Assembly (NCBI GenBank): GCA_045430295.1
Contig: JAILXX010000003.1
Coordinates: forward strand, 213,383-277,382
DNA from: Cellvibrionaceae bacterium
GTDB lineage: Bacteria > Pseudomonadota > Gammaproteobacteria > Pseudomonadales > JAILXX01
Direction: 5' to 3'
DNA: 64,000 nucleotides
Position 1 is the stretch's first letter. Each line of letters starts with the position of its first letter. Made by a program: the position numbers and the translations under genes. The notes under the pieces are model-generated. The model worked only from the letters and a program-made list of their open reading frames with translations. It had not been told where the DNA came from and made no database searches. Below are positions 27,574 through 37,845 of the stretch, piece by piece.

Positions 27574-28707
27574 ATGTTCCAGTTTGATGATATTCGCCCC
27601 TATAACGACGAAGAAGTGCGTCCAACCATCGATCGCTTGTTGCAAGATCGGGAGTTTATTCATGCCGTTGCCTGCCTGAAATTTCCTCGTCTCGGTCGTT
27701 TACTGCCCTGGTTGATGCAGCCGCTGGTGAAAAATTTCCTGGCTAAGCAATTAGATGGTGTGATGTCTGTTGAAGACTTACAGCTGAAAGTGAAAGCCTA
27801 CATGGACCAGATGATGTCTCGCACCATGACGGCATTTTCGGTCTCGGGCTTGAAAGAGCTTGCTGAAGATAAAGCGTATCTTTTTATCAGTAATCATCGT
27901 GATATCGCTATGGATCCGGCCTTTGTGAACTGGTCTCTGTATACCGAAGAGCGTAAGACGGTTCGTATCGCAATCGGCGATAACCTGTTATCCAAACCTT
28001 ATGTTTCAGATCTCATGCGATTGAATAAAAGTTTTATTGTGAAACGAAACTTAAAAGGTGCACGAGAAAAACTGAAAGCGGCGAAGGAATTGTCGGGTTA
28101 CATTGGCCATTCCCTTTTAAGCGATAACGAAAATATTTGGATTGCCCAGCGAGAAGGCCGCGCAAAAGACGGTATTGATTCCACTCAAGCTGCTGTATTA
28201 AAAATGATTTCTCTTTCAAAGCCGAAAACCCAAAGTTTTGGAGAGTACATGGCCAGCCTGAATATCGTACCGGTAGCGATTTCCTATGAGTGGGACCCTT
28301 GTGATAACGCCAAAGGCCAAGAGCTCTATATGAAGGCCGAAGAGGGTGGTTACGAAAAAGACGAACACGAAGATGTGGCTAGTATTGCGGCAGGCATTAC
28401 CGGTAATAAAGGCCGGGTACATGTTTCTTTCGGTGAGCCTATTACTCAAGTTTTTGAAGAAGCTGAAGATTTGGCTGCTGAAATTGACCGTCAGGTTTTG
28501 AGTTCTTATCGCCTTCAACCATCCAGCTTGTGTGCGTATCGTATGCTTGAAGGAAAACTTCCAGAAGGCGCAGACGAAGCTTCTGTGAATACGATCGAAC
28601 CAGCCTTTAAAGGTCGCATTGAATCCATAGATTCTCGTTGGCAAAATATTGTCATTAAAGGTTATGCCAACGCGGTTTATAGCCAGCTTGGTGTTGATAA
28701 ACCATAG
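27574..28707 (+). CDS. glycerolipid acyltransferase family protein (PlsC-like)
   Basis: I prefer the ATG at 27574 (MFQFDDIRPYND) over the upstream TTG. An acyltransferase block SNHRDIAMDPAF and a second block EGGRAKDG-like motif (QREGRAKDG) are present. Confidence 0.65.
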   Translation: MFQFDDIRPYNDEEVRPTIDRLLQDREFIHAVACLKFPRLGRLLPWLMQPLVKNFLAKQLDGVMSVEDLQLKVKAYMDQMMSRTMTAFSVSGLKELAEDKAYLFISNHRDIAMDPAFVNWSLYTEERKTVRIAIGDNLLSKPYVSDLMRLNKSFIVKRNLKGAREKLKAAKELSGYIGHSLLSDNENIWIAQREGRAKDGIDSTQAAVLKMISLSKPKTQSFGEYMASLNIVPVAISYEWDPCDNAKGQELYMKAEEGGYEKDEHEDVASIAAGITGNKGRVHVSFGEPITQVFEEAEDLAAEIDRQVLSSYRLQPSSLCAYRMLEGKLPEGADEASVNTIEPAFKGRIESIDSRWQNIVIKGYANAVYSQLGVDKP

Positions 28708-28763
28708 CCCAAATAAATCCTAGTCCCAAAAAACATAGCCCAGCCAAAAAATACAGAACATAA

Positions 28764-30902
28764 ATGCTCACAGACGATCTGAAAAAACAGATCCAAACCG
28801 CTTACAGTACATTTCTTGAGGGGTTGGAACTTAAACCCCGTTACGGCCAAAAGTTAATGGTGGCCGCCATTGCTCGAACCCTGGGTAATATTGATCTCAA
28901 CGCCGCCGGCGAGCGAGATGCCAAAGACGGTAGCCATATCTGTTCCGTTGAAGCCGGTACGGGTACGGGTAAAACCGTCGCCTATTTACTCGCCACGCTT
29001 CCTATCGCTAAAGCCATGGATAAAACCGTGGTGATTTCTACTGCAACCGTTGCTCTTCAGGAGCAAATTGTTTTCAAAGACCTGCCCTCAGTGGCACGTC
29101 ACAGTGGTTTGAAATTTTCTTTTACCTTGGCCAAAGGGCGAGGCCGCTATTTTTGCCCCGTTAAATTGGAACAAGCTCTGGCAGATGATGGCAATACCAG
29201 CGAAGCCAGTATTGCCATGAGTGACGACGACCAACCCGATCCAATTTCTAGTGATGTCATTAGCATTTACCAAGATATGAATGAAGCTTGGCAGGATGAT
29301 CAATGGGATGGCGATCGTGATAGTTGGGATACGCCACTGGATAGTCGAGACTGGCGACGTTTAACGACCAATCATCGGCAGTGTACTGGGCGCCGTTGCC
29401 GTTACATTTCGAACTGCCCATTCTATCGTGCTAGAGAAGATGTAGATAAAGTGGATTGCATTGTCGCCAATCACGATTTGGTTCTGGCAGATTTAGCACT
29501 CGGTGGCGGTGCCGTTTTACCGCCGCCTTCAGAAACCTTGTATGTGTTTGATGAAGCTCATCATTTGCCGGATCGTGCGCTGCAGCACTTTTCGGCTCAT
29601 GGTCGTGTCTCTGGTTCCGCCACCAGTCTTCGTCAGTGGAATAAAAACTTAAAAAATATGCTGGGGCAAATTTCTGGTGCCGGTGATATTGATCGCTTTG
29701 GTGAGCAATTACCGGGAGAAATTGAAGCCACTCGTAAGCAGCTGGATTTAACCTATCATTGGATGCAGGAAAATTTATCATTCGAAGATAGCCGTAACGA
29801 TAGAGACAGTACCCGCCACCGTTTTGAAAATGGAGAAGTGCCGCAAGCCATTAAAGAACTCGCCTTGCCTCTCAAGCAAGGTTTTGAACGTTTGGCTGAC
29901 TTATTGGCAAAAATGTCGAAAGAAGTTTCTTCGGCAATGGAAGATGCCACTTGCCCTGTACCCCGAGTCGATTTGGAAAACTGGTTCCCTGTTATTGGTC
30001 AGTGGCAAAGTAAAGCTGAATCCGATTTAGAGCTTTGGCAAGACTACTGCGAAGCAGACGATAACGGTATCCCCTCCGCTCGCTGGGTTACCTTAATTCA
30101 GCACCCATATATCGATTTTGAAGTTTGCTCCAGCCCTATTTTAGCGGCTGATACCTTGCAAAAATATTTATGGAATCGTTGTTGTGGTGCGGTGCTTACA
30201 TCAGCCACCTTAACGGCGCTAGGGGAATTTAATCGCTTAAGGCAGCGGGCAGGTACCCCCACCGGTGGCTGCTATGAAGTTGTACCCAGTCCCTTTGATT
30301 TCACCCAAGCAGGCACAGTACGTATCCCTAAAAGCAGTGTGGAAGGCAATCAAGTAAAAGCCCATACCGATGCCATTGTGGATGAACTGCCCAATATTTT
30401 AGAAGACACTGGTGGCAGTTTAGTGTTGTTTGCTTCTCGCTACCAAATGGAAACCGTCTACGATGGTTTGCCCAGTGAGTGGAAGCGAAAAATTCTGGTG
30501 CAAGGCGATCGTTCAAAACAAAAGTTGTTGGAAAGTCACACCATTCGAGTCGATAAAGGTGAGGCCTCGGTAATTTTTGGCTTGGCCAGTTTTGCCGAAG
30601 GTATCGATTTACCGGGCGATTACTGTAAGCACGTTATTATCGCCAAATTACCCTTCGCCGTCCCCGACGATCCGGTTGAAGCTGCACTTGCTGAATGGAT
30701 CGAAGCCCGAGGCGGCAACGCTTTTATGGAAGTAGCTGTTCCAGATACTGCTGTAAAGCTAGTACAAGCCTGTGGCCGCTTGTTACGAACCGAGAAAGAT
30801 CGCGGAGTGATCACGATTTTAGATCGGCGTTTGGTATCCAAACCCTACGGCAAAAGAATGCTGGCAACTTTACCGCCGTTTAAGCAAGAGATTTTGGTTT
30901 GA
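28764..30902 (+). CDS. dinG: ATP-dependent DNA helicase DinG
   Basis: The 712-aa ORF has Walker A AGTGTGKT, a DEAH box (FDEAHHL) and an Fe-S Cys cluster (C..C..C..C around RQCTGRRCRYISNCPF). The C-terminal helicase motifs are SATL and FAEGIDLPG. Confidence 0.9.
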   Translation: MLTDDLKKQIQTAYSTFLEGLELKPRYGQKLMVAAIARTLGNIDLNAAGERDAKDGSHICSVEAGTGTGKTVAYLLATLPIAKAMDKTVVISTATVALQEQIVFKDLPSVARHSGLKFSFTLAKGRGRYFCPVKLEQALADDGNTSEASIAMSDDDQPDPISSDVISIYQDMNEAWQDDQWDGDRDSWDTPLDSRDWRRLTTNHRQCTGRRCRYISNCPFYRAREDVDKVDCIVANHDLVLADLALGGGAVLPPPSETLYVFDEAHHLPDRALQHFSAHGRVSGSATSLRQWNKNLKNMLGQISGAGDIDRFGEQLPGEIEATRKQLDLTYHWMQENLSFEDSRNDRDSTRHRFENGEVPQAIKELALPLKQGFERLADLLAKMSKEVSSAMEDATCPVPRVDLENWFPVIGQWQSKAESDLELWQDYCEADDNGIPSARWVTLIQHPYIDFEVCSSPILAADTLQKYLWNRCCGAVLTSATLTALGEFNRLRQRAGTPTGGCYEVVPSPFDFTQAGTVRIPKSSVEGNQVKAHTDAIVDELPNILEDTGGSLVLFASRYQMETVYDGLPSEWKRKILVQGDRSKQKLLESHTIRVDKGEASVIFGLASFAEGIDLPGDYCKHVIIAKLPFAVPDDPVEAALAEWIEARGGNAFMEVAVPDTAVKLVQACGRLLRTEKDRGVITILDRRLVSKPYGKRMLATLPPFKQEILV

Positions 30903-30927
30903 TTTTTTTGTTTGTTCGACTGCTAGT

Positions 30928-33093
30928 TTATAGGAACTGACTGGCATCACTAATATCAAGCTGTTCCGGCATTAGCTCTCGTTTTGCATAATCCTCCCAA
31001 ACTCGTGTATTTAGGAATAAATCAAACAACAGTGGGTCGATGTGATCGTCTTCCTTCATGCGTTTCATGATTGTTAATGCTTGGCTGATTTTCATGGGGT
31101 CTTTGTAAGGCCGATCTTGAGCGGTTAAAGCTTCAAAAATATCGGCAATGGCCATAATGCGAGCGGGTATAGACATTTGATCTCCAGTGAGTCCTTTCGG
31201 GAAACCTGTACCATCCATTTTTTCATGATGCCCGCCAGCATATTCTGGTACTCGACGTAGCTTTTTCGGAAACTTGAGTGACTCAAGCATGTCGATGGTC
31301 ACGGCCATATGATTGTTAATAATATTTCTTTCTTCCGTGGTGAGTGTTCCTCGACTGATGCTTAAATGATAGACCTCTTCTTCTGATAAGAGCGTCTGAC
31401 GTTCATTGTTGTGATCTATCCAGGTCTTCTTGGCGATAACTTTAATTTTCTCGATGTCTTCATCAGAGAAAAATTCGCCGCCTTTATTGGATTTTTCAAC
31501 AAACTGCCTATCGTGATCAATTTCATCGAGCTTATTGGCTAGCTCACTTTCTAGTATGGTTTTGTTAGAAGGATTCTCGATAATCTCTTGAAGAAACTGG
31601 TTTTGGGTTTGTGCCGTTAACGCGGTGAATCGTGCGTTAACGGCATGTATGCCATCTTTTAACCCGTGGAGTTTTGTGGATTTGTCTAGCACTGAATCGG
31701 GGGTGGCAAGCTTACCGCAATCGTGTAACCAAGCTGCCACGTGCAGCTCGTACCAATCATCATCATCGAGATTAAAGTTGGCAAAGGTTTTGTCGTCATT
31801 ACAGGCTGCTCGAGCGATAAGTTCGGTGAGCAAAGGAACCCGTTGGCAGTGGCCGGAAGTGTGGGACGATTTAGCATCAATGGCTTTCGCAATACACTGA
31901 ATAAAGGTGTCTAATAACTCTTTTAGTTCCTGAACCAGTAGCTTGTTCTCTAGGGCGATGGAAGCGTAAGTAGCTAAAGCTTTAACCAGTGGAACGAGAT
32001 GCTCGGAGAATGCGCAAGTTTCCTGGGTGAAAGGATCTTTTGCGTTTACTAGCTGTATTACCCCGATCAGTTCCTTGTTGTGATTGAGTAGTGGAACGGT
32101 GAGGAACGATTTAGAAATGTAGCCCGTTAGCTTATCGAAGGCCCGAGTGCCTGAGAAGTCGAATTTTTGGTCGGCAGCATAGGCATCATCCACCACAACT
32201 TCTTTTCGTTGATTGGCACAGTAGGTCACGACATTGCGATGGTTGGGTTCCTTTTCTCCTTTGACTTCGTTAAACAGAGCAATAGGCTTGAAGGGAATAG
32301 GCCCCCCGTTGCTACCCCCGTAATTCAAACTCAGGGTGTTATTTTTTACGATGATAAATTCTAATTGTGGATTCTTATCATCGTCATTGATTAAATATAA
32401 AGATCCTCCATCGGCGCGAGTTAAGTTTTGAGCCTCAGTCAATATGCTTTCCATAAGTAACTGAGTGTTCGACTGGCCGGAGAGTTTTACGAGTAGTTCT
32501 TTGTTGCGGCTACTCATGTTTTGCGAATTGATCGCCAGGGCCGCAAATGTTGCGAAGGTTGCAACGATGGGTTCTATGTCTTCGCTGAATTTTGTAACCG
32601 TTGAGTTATCTTTAGTTCGAGCGTTAATTAATTGTAAAACACCCACAAGCTCACTTAAGTTGTTAATAAGAGGGATCGCTAAAATGGATTGGGTGCGATA
32701 GCCCTCTGCTTCATCGAATTGGTGAGCCCCTGAAAAATCAAAGTCTGTGGATGTATAGGTATCCTCGATATTGAGGATTTCTCTGGTATTGGCCGCGCAG
32801 GCGGCGATGTGGTTAAGGTTTTGTGCTCCACTGTTATCGAATAAAGGAATTGGCTTGAGTGACGATGCTCGGGTGCCTTTATGGGTATCTACCGTATCTA
32901 AGGCTTTATTGTGCACAATGGCAAAGTTGAGCTTTGTTGGTGGCTGTTGGTCTACGAGATAGAGTGTGCCGCCTTCGGCATTAGTCACTGTCTGCGCTTC
33001 ATCAATAATCATTTCGCAAAGGCTATCCATGTCATTTTCAGCAAATAGACGCTGGCCTACTTTTAATAGGGAGTTATATATCTTTTGATCCAT
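30928..33093 (-). CDS. GAF-GAF-HD-GYP domain protein (putative c-di-GMP phosphodiesterase)
   Basis: The 721-aa ORF has two GAF-like modules, then the HD motif (AAWLHDCGK) and HHEKMDGTGFPKGL (GYP-type). Confidence 0.85.
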   Translation of the reverse strand: MDQKIYNSLLKVGQRLFAENDMDSLCEMIIDEAQTVTNAEGGTLYLVDQQPPTKLNFAIVHNKALDTVDTHKGTRASSLKPIPLFDNSGAQNLNHIAACAANTREILNIEDTYTSTDFDFSGAHQFDEAEGYRTQSILAIPLINNLSELVGVLQLINARTKDNSTVTKFSEDIEPIVATFATFAALAINSQNMSSRNKELLVKLSGQSNTQLLMESILTEAQNLTRADGGSLYLINDDDKNPQLEFIIVKNNTLSLNYGGSNGGPIPFKPIALFNEVKGEKEPNHRNVVTYCANQRKEVVVDDAYAADQKFDFSGTRAFDKLTGYISKSFLTVPLLNHNKELIGVIQLVNAKDPFTQETCAFSEHLVPLVKALATYASIALENKLLVQELKELLDTFIQCIAKAIDAKSSHTSGHCQRVPLLTELIARAACNDDKTFANFNLDDDDWYELHVAAWLHDCGKLATPDSVLDKSTKLHGLKDGIHAVNARFTALTAQTQNQFLQEIIENPSNKTILESELANKLDEIDHDRQFVEKSNKGGEFFSDEDIEKIKVIAKKTWIDHNNERQTLLSEEEVYHLSISRGTLTTEERNIINNHMAVTIDMLESLKFPKKLRRVPEYAGGHHEKMDGTGFPKGLTGDQMSIPARIMAIADIFEALTAQDRPYKDPMKISQALTIMKRMKEDDHIDPLLFDLFLNTRVWEDYAKRELMPEQLDISDASQFL

Positions 33094-33280
33094 GAGGTTT
33101 ACCTAGGAATGAGCACATTCAGCAGCCGTTAGATTGGATAGAGATAAGTTTAGATGATGGTTAAATATATGTGGAAGAAAGTGAACTCATCAGTATGTCA
33201 CCAGCATAGAGGCCTTATTTTTCCTTGGTTGTGCCTATCCCAATTTTTAATTAACATCCCTGACAGTTAAGGGGATAACC

Positions 33281-34633
33281 ATGTTTAATCTAACTTGCGG
33301 TCGTGAAGGCCGCCCTATAAAAATCATTGCCGATGATCGCTATGATCAATGGTTGTCGGAGCAATCTGAGTTTGTTCGTAATTGGCTGAATCATTCTGGC
33401 TTTGAGGGGAATGGGCATTGTCTTATTCCGCAGCAGGATGGTCAGTTAGATACAGTGATTGTGGTTGTCGAAGATGTTCACTCGGTTTGGCAATTATCGG
33501 ATTTGGCTGCGGCGTTGCCTAAAGCCGCGTTTTATCTGGAAGGCGATGCTGAACACTTATCAGCAGCCGCGCTGGGTTGGGTGTTGGGTCAATATCAGTT
33601 TACGGGATATAAAGAAGCTGCGGATCGCGCAACGTTATATATTGATGATGATTCAGTTGTGAATGACGCACTTGCCTTAGCAAAAGGTGTCACCTTAACG
33701 CGAGATCTCGTCAACACTCCTGCAGGTGACATGATGCCTGAACACCTGTCTGAGACTATGCAAAAGCTAGCTCGCGAGTACAGTGCGCAATTTTCAGAGC
33801 TCATTGGCGATCAGCTTCTTGATCAGAGTTTTCCTACCATCCACATGGTTGGGCGAGCTTCTTGCCATGCTCCTCGATTGTTGGAACTCAGTTGGGGTGA
33901 TGAGTCAGCTCCAAAGCTTACCTTAGTGGGTAAAGGCGTTTGTTTTGATAGTGGAGGTTTGGATTTAAAACCCTCTGCCGGTATGCGCTTGATGAAAAAA
34001 GATATGGGTGGTGCCGCTCATGTGCTGGGTTTGGCATCAGTGATTATGGCGAAAGCCTTGCCTGTTCGATTACGGGTACTGGTGCCAGCGGTAGAAAATG
34101 CGGTGTCCAGTAATGCATTCCGCCCAGGTGATATCGTCACTACACGAAAAGGTTTGACGGTTGAAATTGACAATACCGATGCGGAAGGTCGATTAATTTT
34201 GTGTGATGCATTGGCGCTGGCAGATGAAGCAGAGCAAGATTTAATTATCGATTTCGCAACCCTAACTGGCGCGGCGCGAGTGGCTCTCGGTTTGGAACTC
34301 CCAGGTTTTTACAGTACAGATGATGATTTCGCTACGGAGTTAATGGTTGCCGGAGAGGCTGAAGGAGACTGTGTTTGGCGTTTGCCCCTGCATCAGCCTT
34401 ATGCCTCATATATGAAGGGCTCCATCTCAGATTTAGTGAATTGTGCTCCCACAGGAATGGGTGGCTCTATTACTGCAGCGCTGTATCTTCAGCAGTTTGT
34501 TGAGCAGAGCCCTTGGGTACACTTTGATGTAGGCGCATGGAATGATCGTGCGCGGCCTGGTCGACCCAAAGGCGGTGAGGCCATGGGGCTGCGAGCAGTT
34601 TATAAAGCGTTGGAAAAGCGGTATTTGCCCTAG
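33281..34633 (+). CDS. M17 family leucyl aminopeptidase-like protein
   Basis: The 450-aa ORF has the motifs VGKGVCFDSGG, MKKDMGGAA and NTDAEGRL. Confidence 0.85.
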   Translation: MFNLTCGREGRPIKIIADDRYDQWLSEQSEFVRNWLNHSGFEGNGHCLIPQQDGQLDTVIVVVEDVHSVWQLSDLAAALPKAAFYLEGDAEHLSAAALGWVLGQYQFTGYKEAADRATLYIDDDSVVNDALALAKGVTLTRDLVNTPAGDMMPEHLSETMQKLAREYSAQFSELIGDQLLDQSFPTIHMVGRASCHAPRLLELSWGDESAPKLTLVGKGVCFDSGGLDLKPSAGMRLMKKDMGGAAHVLGLASVIMAKALPVRLRVLVPAVENAVSSNAFRPGDIVTTRKGLTVEIDNTDAEGRLILCDALALADEAEQDLIIDFATLTGAARVALGLELPGFYSTDDDFATELMVAGEAEGDCVWRLPLHQPYASYMKGSISDLVNCAPTGMGGSITAALYLQQFVEQSPWVHFDVGAWNDRARPGRPKGGEAMGLRAVYKALEKRYLP

Positions 34634-34831
34634 CTTCTTGCGATATTTGTGGTTCCTTGGGGGTTCGTGCTGGCTTTATATGCAGCTAGGTACTTTCCAC
34701 TCTCTGCTTATTGCTCGAAAATCATTCAAAATAGGCTTGAGGCGCATTAGAATTACCCTGTGGGCGTGTATTCTTTTAGTACGCTTTTCTTGCGTGCAGC
34801 CCTTCTTGTGTAGCCCCTGTGGCCGGAGGAA

Positions 34832-35647
34832 ATGATGGTTGATCCAGTGGGTAGTGCTTCTTCAGGTTTTGGCGCTATTGAGCGTAATCAGCGAGTGCTT
34901 GATCAAACCGCTGAACGTATTGGTAGTGGCCGTCGTATCAATAGTGCCGCTGATGACCCAGCGGGCTTCGCTATTGTAAATCGCATCAACAGCCAGGTAG
35001 ACGGTTTTAATCAGTCCGTGCGTAACGTCAGTGATGGTATTTCTCAGGTACAGACTGGTGGCGGGGCTTTGGATAATGTCTCTGATAGTGTTTCCCGTTT
35101 GAGAGAGCTAGCGCTGCAGGCTGCTAATGGCACCAACAATGATAGCGACCGTGAGGCAATTAATGCCGAAGCACAGCAGCTACGTGAAGAGATTGGTCGA
35201 ACCTTAGAGGACACCAGTTTTAACGGTCGTCCTCTATTTAACAGTGATGAGGCCACCATCATTCAGGCTGGACCGGGTAGTGAGGATCAGGTGGATATCG
35301 ATGGAAATAACCTGGTTGAGCAAGCTGAGACAACTGGCTTAAACGATATCGATTTTAGTAGTGCCCAAGGGGCTCAAGATGCTCTGGAGGTATTAGATGA
35401 TTTTCAAGCGCAGGTAGATCAAACGAACGCTAACTTTGGCGCTGCGGCGAATCGCTTCGAGTCTGCCATTAATAATCTTAATACGTCTTCGGAGAATGCT
35501 CAGGCAAGTGCTAGCCGAATTGGTGATGCGGATATTGCTCGTGAAGTGTCTGAGCGAGCGGCTTCTGAAATTCGCGGAGAAGTACAGATAGCCTTGCGTG
35601 CTCAAGCGAATCAGCGTGACCAGCAAGTATTGAATTTGCTCAGTTAA
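34832..35647 (+). CDS. short flagellin-family protein (orphan)
   Basis: The 271-aa ORF has the N-domain RINSAADDPAGFAI...LRELALQAANGT...FNG and the C-domain NRFESAINNL...SRIGDADIAREVSE...AQANQRDQQVLNLLS. No flagellar genes are nearby. Confidence 0.8.
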   Translation: MMVDPVGSASSGFGAIERNQRVLDQTAERIGSGRRINSAADDPAGFAIVNRINSQVDGFNQSVRNVSDGISQVQTGGGALDNVSDSVSRLRELALQAANGTNNDSDREAINAEAQQLREEIGRTLEDTSFNGRPLFNSDEATIIQAGPGSEDQVDIDGNNLVEQAETTGLNDIDFSSAQGAQDALEVLDDFQAQVDQTNANFGAAANRFESAINNLNTSSENAQASASRIGDADIAREVSERAASEIRGEVQIALRAQANQRDQQVLNLLS

Positions 35648-35722
35648 GGATAGCTTTCAGTTAGGGATAGCTTCTTGAAGAAGAACCAATGCTGAAGTCA
35701 GCCTTACCCAAAAATCCCCCAT

Positions 35723-35748
35723 AAAAAAGCGGGACCCAAAGGCCCCGC
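35723..35748 (-). terminator. minus-strand intrinsic terminator
   Basis: On the minus strand GCGGGGCC-ttt-GGGTCCCGC (imperfect) is followed by TTTTTT. It lies about 100 nt downstream of the small minus-strand ORF. Confidence 0.5.
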
Positions 35749-35850
35749 ACAATAGGGATAGAGTCGGGGTAATAAACGTATTCCTTTAAGCCCTCTAAAA
35801 CAACGTGGTAATGCTAGTGCGGCAATGTTAGTGCACTAAGAAAGCGTAAA

Positions 35851-35976
35851 TTAATGCCCGCGATCTTGCTTGTTTTCAAAAATGGTAACGCCCACAGCGG
35901 CGATTATTACAACTACACCCAGCGTCCAAAACAAACCTTGGCTAGCAACGGCTCCCATAAATACGGCTTCGTTCAT
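35851..35976 (-). CDS. candidate 41-aa small membrane protein (below the ORF-track cutoff)
   Basis: My hand translation is MNEAVFMGAVASQGLFWTLGVVVIIAAVGVTIFENKQDRGH. GGAG lies 7 nt upstream of the ATG, there is one TM helix, and a minus-strand terminator lies downstream. Confidence 0.45.
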   Translation of the reverse strand: MNEAVFMGAVASQGLFWTLGVVVIIAAVGVTIFENKQDRGH

Positions 35977-36088
35977 GATGTTTCTCCATTGAGAGGTAAT
36001 CTTAAGTAAGAAAAATAACAATGGAGTCAGAATAGGCTTTTCTCTGGAGCAGGGTGTTGATTTGCATCAAACAAGCTTTTGAAAGCGA

Positions 36089-37039
36089 TTATTCTGCGAT
36101 AACTCGATTCCGCCCCTGATGCTTAGCGTCTTTTAAGTGTTGGCTGGCGCGGTTTAACAAACTGGAGATGTCGTAGTCACTGTCAGTTAATTGTGCGACG
36201 CCAATGCTGACGGTAACCGGGACTTCTATTCCACTATCTCCAAGGACGGGATTCTCTTCGATATGCTCTCTGATTCGCTCAGCTTGCTGTATGGCACCTT
36301 GTAAATCGGTGTCTGTGCTGCAGATTGCAAATTCTTTACCGCTGAGTCGGCACAGGTGATCTTCCAATCGGCTGTGTTGTTTTAAGTGCTTACTGATTTG
36401 TTTTAAGGCGGAGTCACCATAGCTGTGACCGTAAGAGTCATTGATCTGGTTGAAGTGATCCACACTCATCATCAACACGGATAGGGGGCGTTTAAAGCGA
36501 CGAGCCTTTGATTGCTCGATCTCGGCGGCATCAAAGAACTGCTGGCGATTATTGAGCCCGGTGAGCTGATCTTTCACAGTGGCATCTTGGATATGCTCAG
36601 AGGCTGTTTTTAGACGCTGATGTTGATTGAGAAAGCGAAGGGCATTACCTACTCGAGAAACATTTACAGGCACTGGGTTGCTCAGACTGATGTAATCCCA
36701 AATCTGTCGGTCATAGGTTTCCGCAGACTGGTGGAGGGCGCTGTCCGTATCGGATGTGGCTATACCAATGACTAGGCTGTGATGGTTGCGGTGGGTGAGA
36801 TAGCCTTCCAGAAAGTTAAGATCCACTAGGGTAATTGACGGCGGCTCAGGTACCTGATGGGTCGTGTTGTCTGGTTCCTGAATAAGTGTTGCCTGGTAAT
36901 GGGCAGCTTCCACAGGGATATCTTCAAGGGCACTACACATACCCACCTCACAACCTTGATCTTCCAAATCAAAGCGGAGTTGGCGAAGGGCCGGCATGTT
37001 TAGTGTATCGGCTGCGGCAAGAATAGCGATGTTGGGCAT
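36089..37039 (-). CDS. GGDEF-domain protein with degenerate active site (SGKEF)
   Basis: The 316-aa ORF has the GGDEF fold (DQLTGLNNR, DHFNQINDSYGHSYGD), but the signature reads RLSGKEFAI instead of GG(D/E)EF. The N-terminal half looks like a pseudo-receiver. Confidence 0.8.
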   Translation of the reverse strand: MPNIAILAAADTLNMPALRQLRFDLEDQGCEVGMCSALEDIPVEAAHYQATLIQEPDNTTHQVPEPPSITLVDLNFLEGYLTHRNHHSLVIGIATSDTDSALHQSAETYDRQIWDYISLSNPVPVNVSRVGNALRFLNQHQRLKTASEHIQDATVKDQLTGLNNRQQFFDAAEIEQSKARRFKRPLSVLMMSVDHFNQINDSYGHSYGDSALKQISKHLKQHSRLEDHLCRLSGKEFAICSTDTDLQGAIQQAERIREHIEENPVLGDSGIEVPVTVSIGVAQLTDSDYDISSLLNRASQHLKDAKHQGRNRVIAE

Positions 37040-37203
37040 AGTACTGTCACTAACCTTGATAATGGATTTATTGAGAGTTTAACGAGTTTGGCGGTGTTTG
37101 TGCCTTTTGTACCACTATTTTCTTCTTTCTGGGGCCGATAGAGGTAGGGAAGAGAGTGGAATTGGTTGATTTTTGTGCATGTCGGTTTGTTCAGGTGCTG
37201 TTA

Positions 37204-37682
37204 TGTGGATAAAAGGCGGAAATGCTCTAGAAAGGGTTGCCTCAAATGGGCTCATATTGCACTTAAATATGATTGCTTGGTCATGTTTTCCGGTGGGTTT
37301 TACAGGTAGATGTCTAGTTGTTTGTTTTTAAAGGGTTTTTCTTGTGAGCTCTACCCGGCTAACTTTTGTGGGGAGTATTGATTTGTTGCAGGCATGTTTC
37401 ATACAGGTGCAGCAAAGCTGTGGATATCTCTGTGAATCCACCTCTGAAGAGGAATAACCTTGTGTGTAGTAATGCACAGCCCCGGTGTGAGTAACCACTA
37501 TTATTATTGTAAATAAGTTGCTACTGCCTTATGGCGCTTGATTGTGGGGAGCAGCTTTGCACTGTCGCTTCCAAATCAAGTGTTCCAGTTTGAATTCTTG
37601 GGGTCTCTAAAAAAGAGGCATGTACAATAATGGCTTTATGGGGGCCTTTCAAGGAATAGGTCTGTGTAACTTCTGTGGATAA
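37204..37682 (-). promoter_or_regulatory. cluster of DnaA-box motifs in an ORF-free gap
   Basis: TGTGGATAA (the reverse complement of TTATCCACA) occurs at 37204-37212 and 37674-37682. TGTGGATAT is at 37419-37427, followed by TGTGAATCC at 37431-37439. All are in the same orientation. Confidence 0.5.
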
Positions 37683-37802
37683 CTTGTGTTTTTGGCAGGG
37701 TGAGTAGTTGCTTACCTCAAGGTTTAGAGTGTGGTGCTATTAGAGGCTTTGGGTGCAAGGAGAGCGGCATGAGAATGGCAGTATTGAGATAAAAGCTTAA
37801 AC

Positions 37803-37845
37803 AAAAATCCCCCGGTGATTTTCAGCGATTGGTCACCTGGGGGAT
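37803..37845 (-). terminator. rho-independent terminator of argF
   Basis: A 12-bp stem ATCCCCCGGTGA / TCACC(T)GGGGGAT with one bulge and a 14-nt loop. A T-run follows on the minus strand (plus-strand A-run at 37803-37807). Confidence 0.8.
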
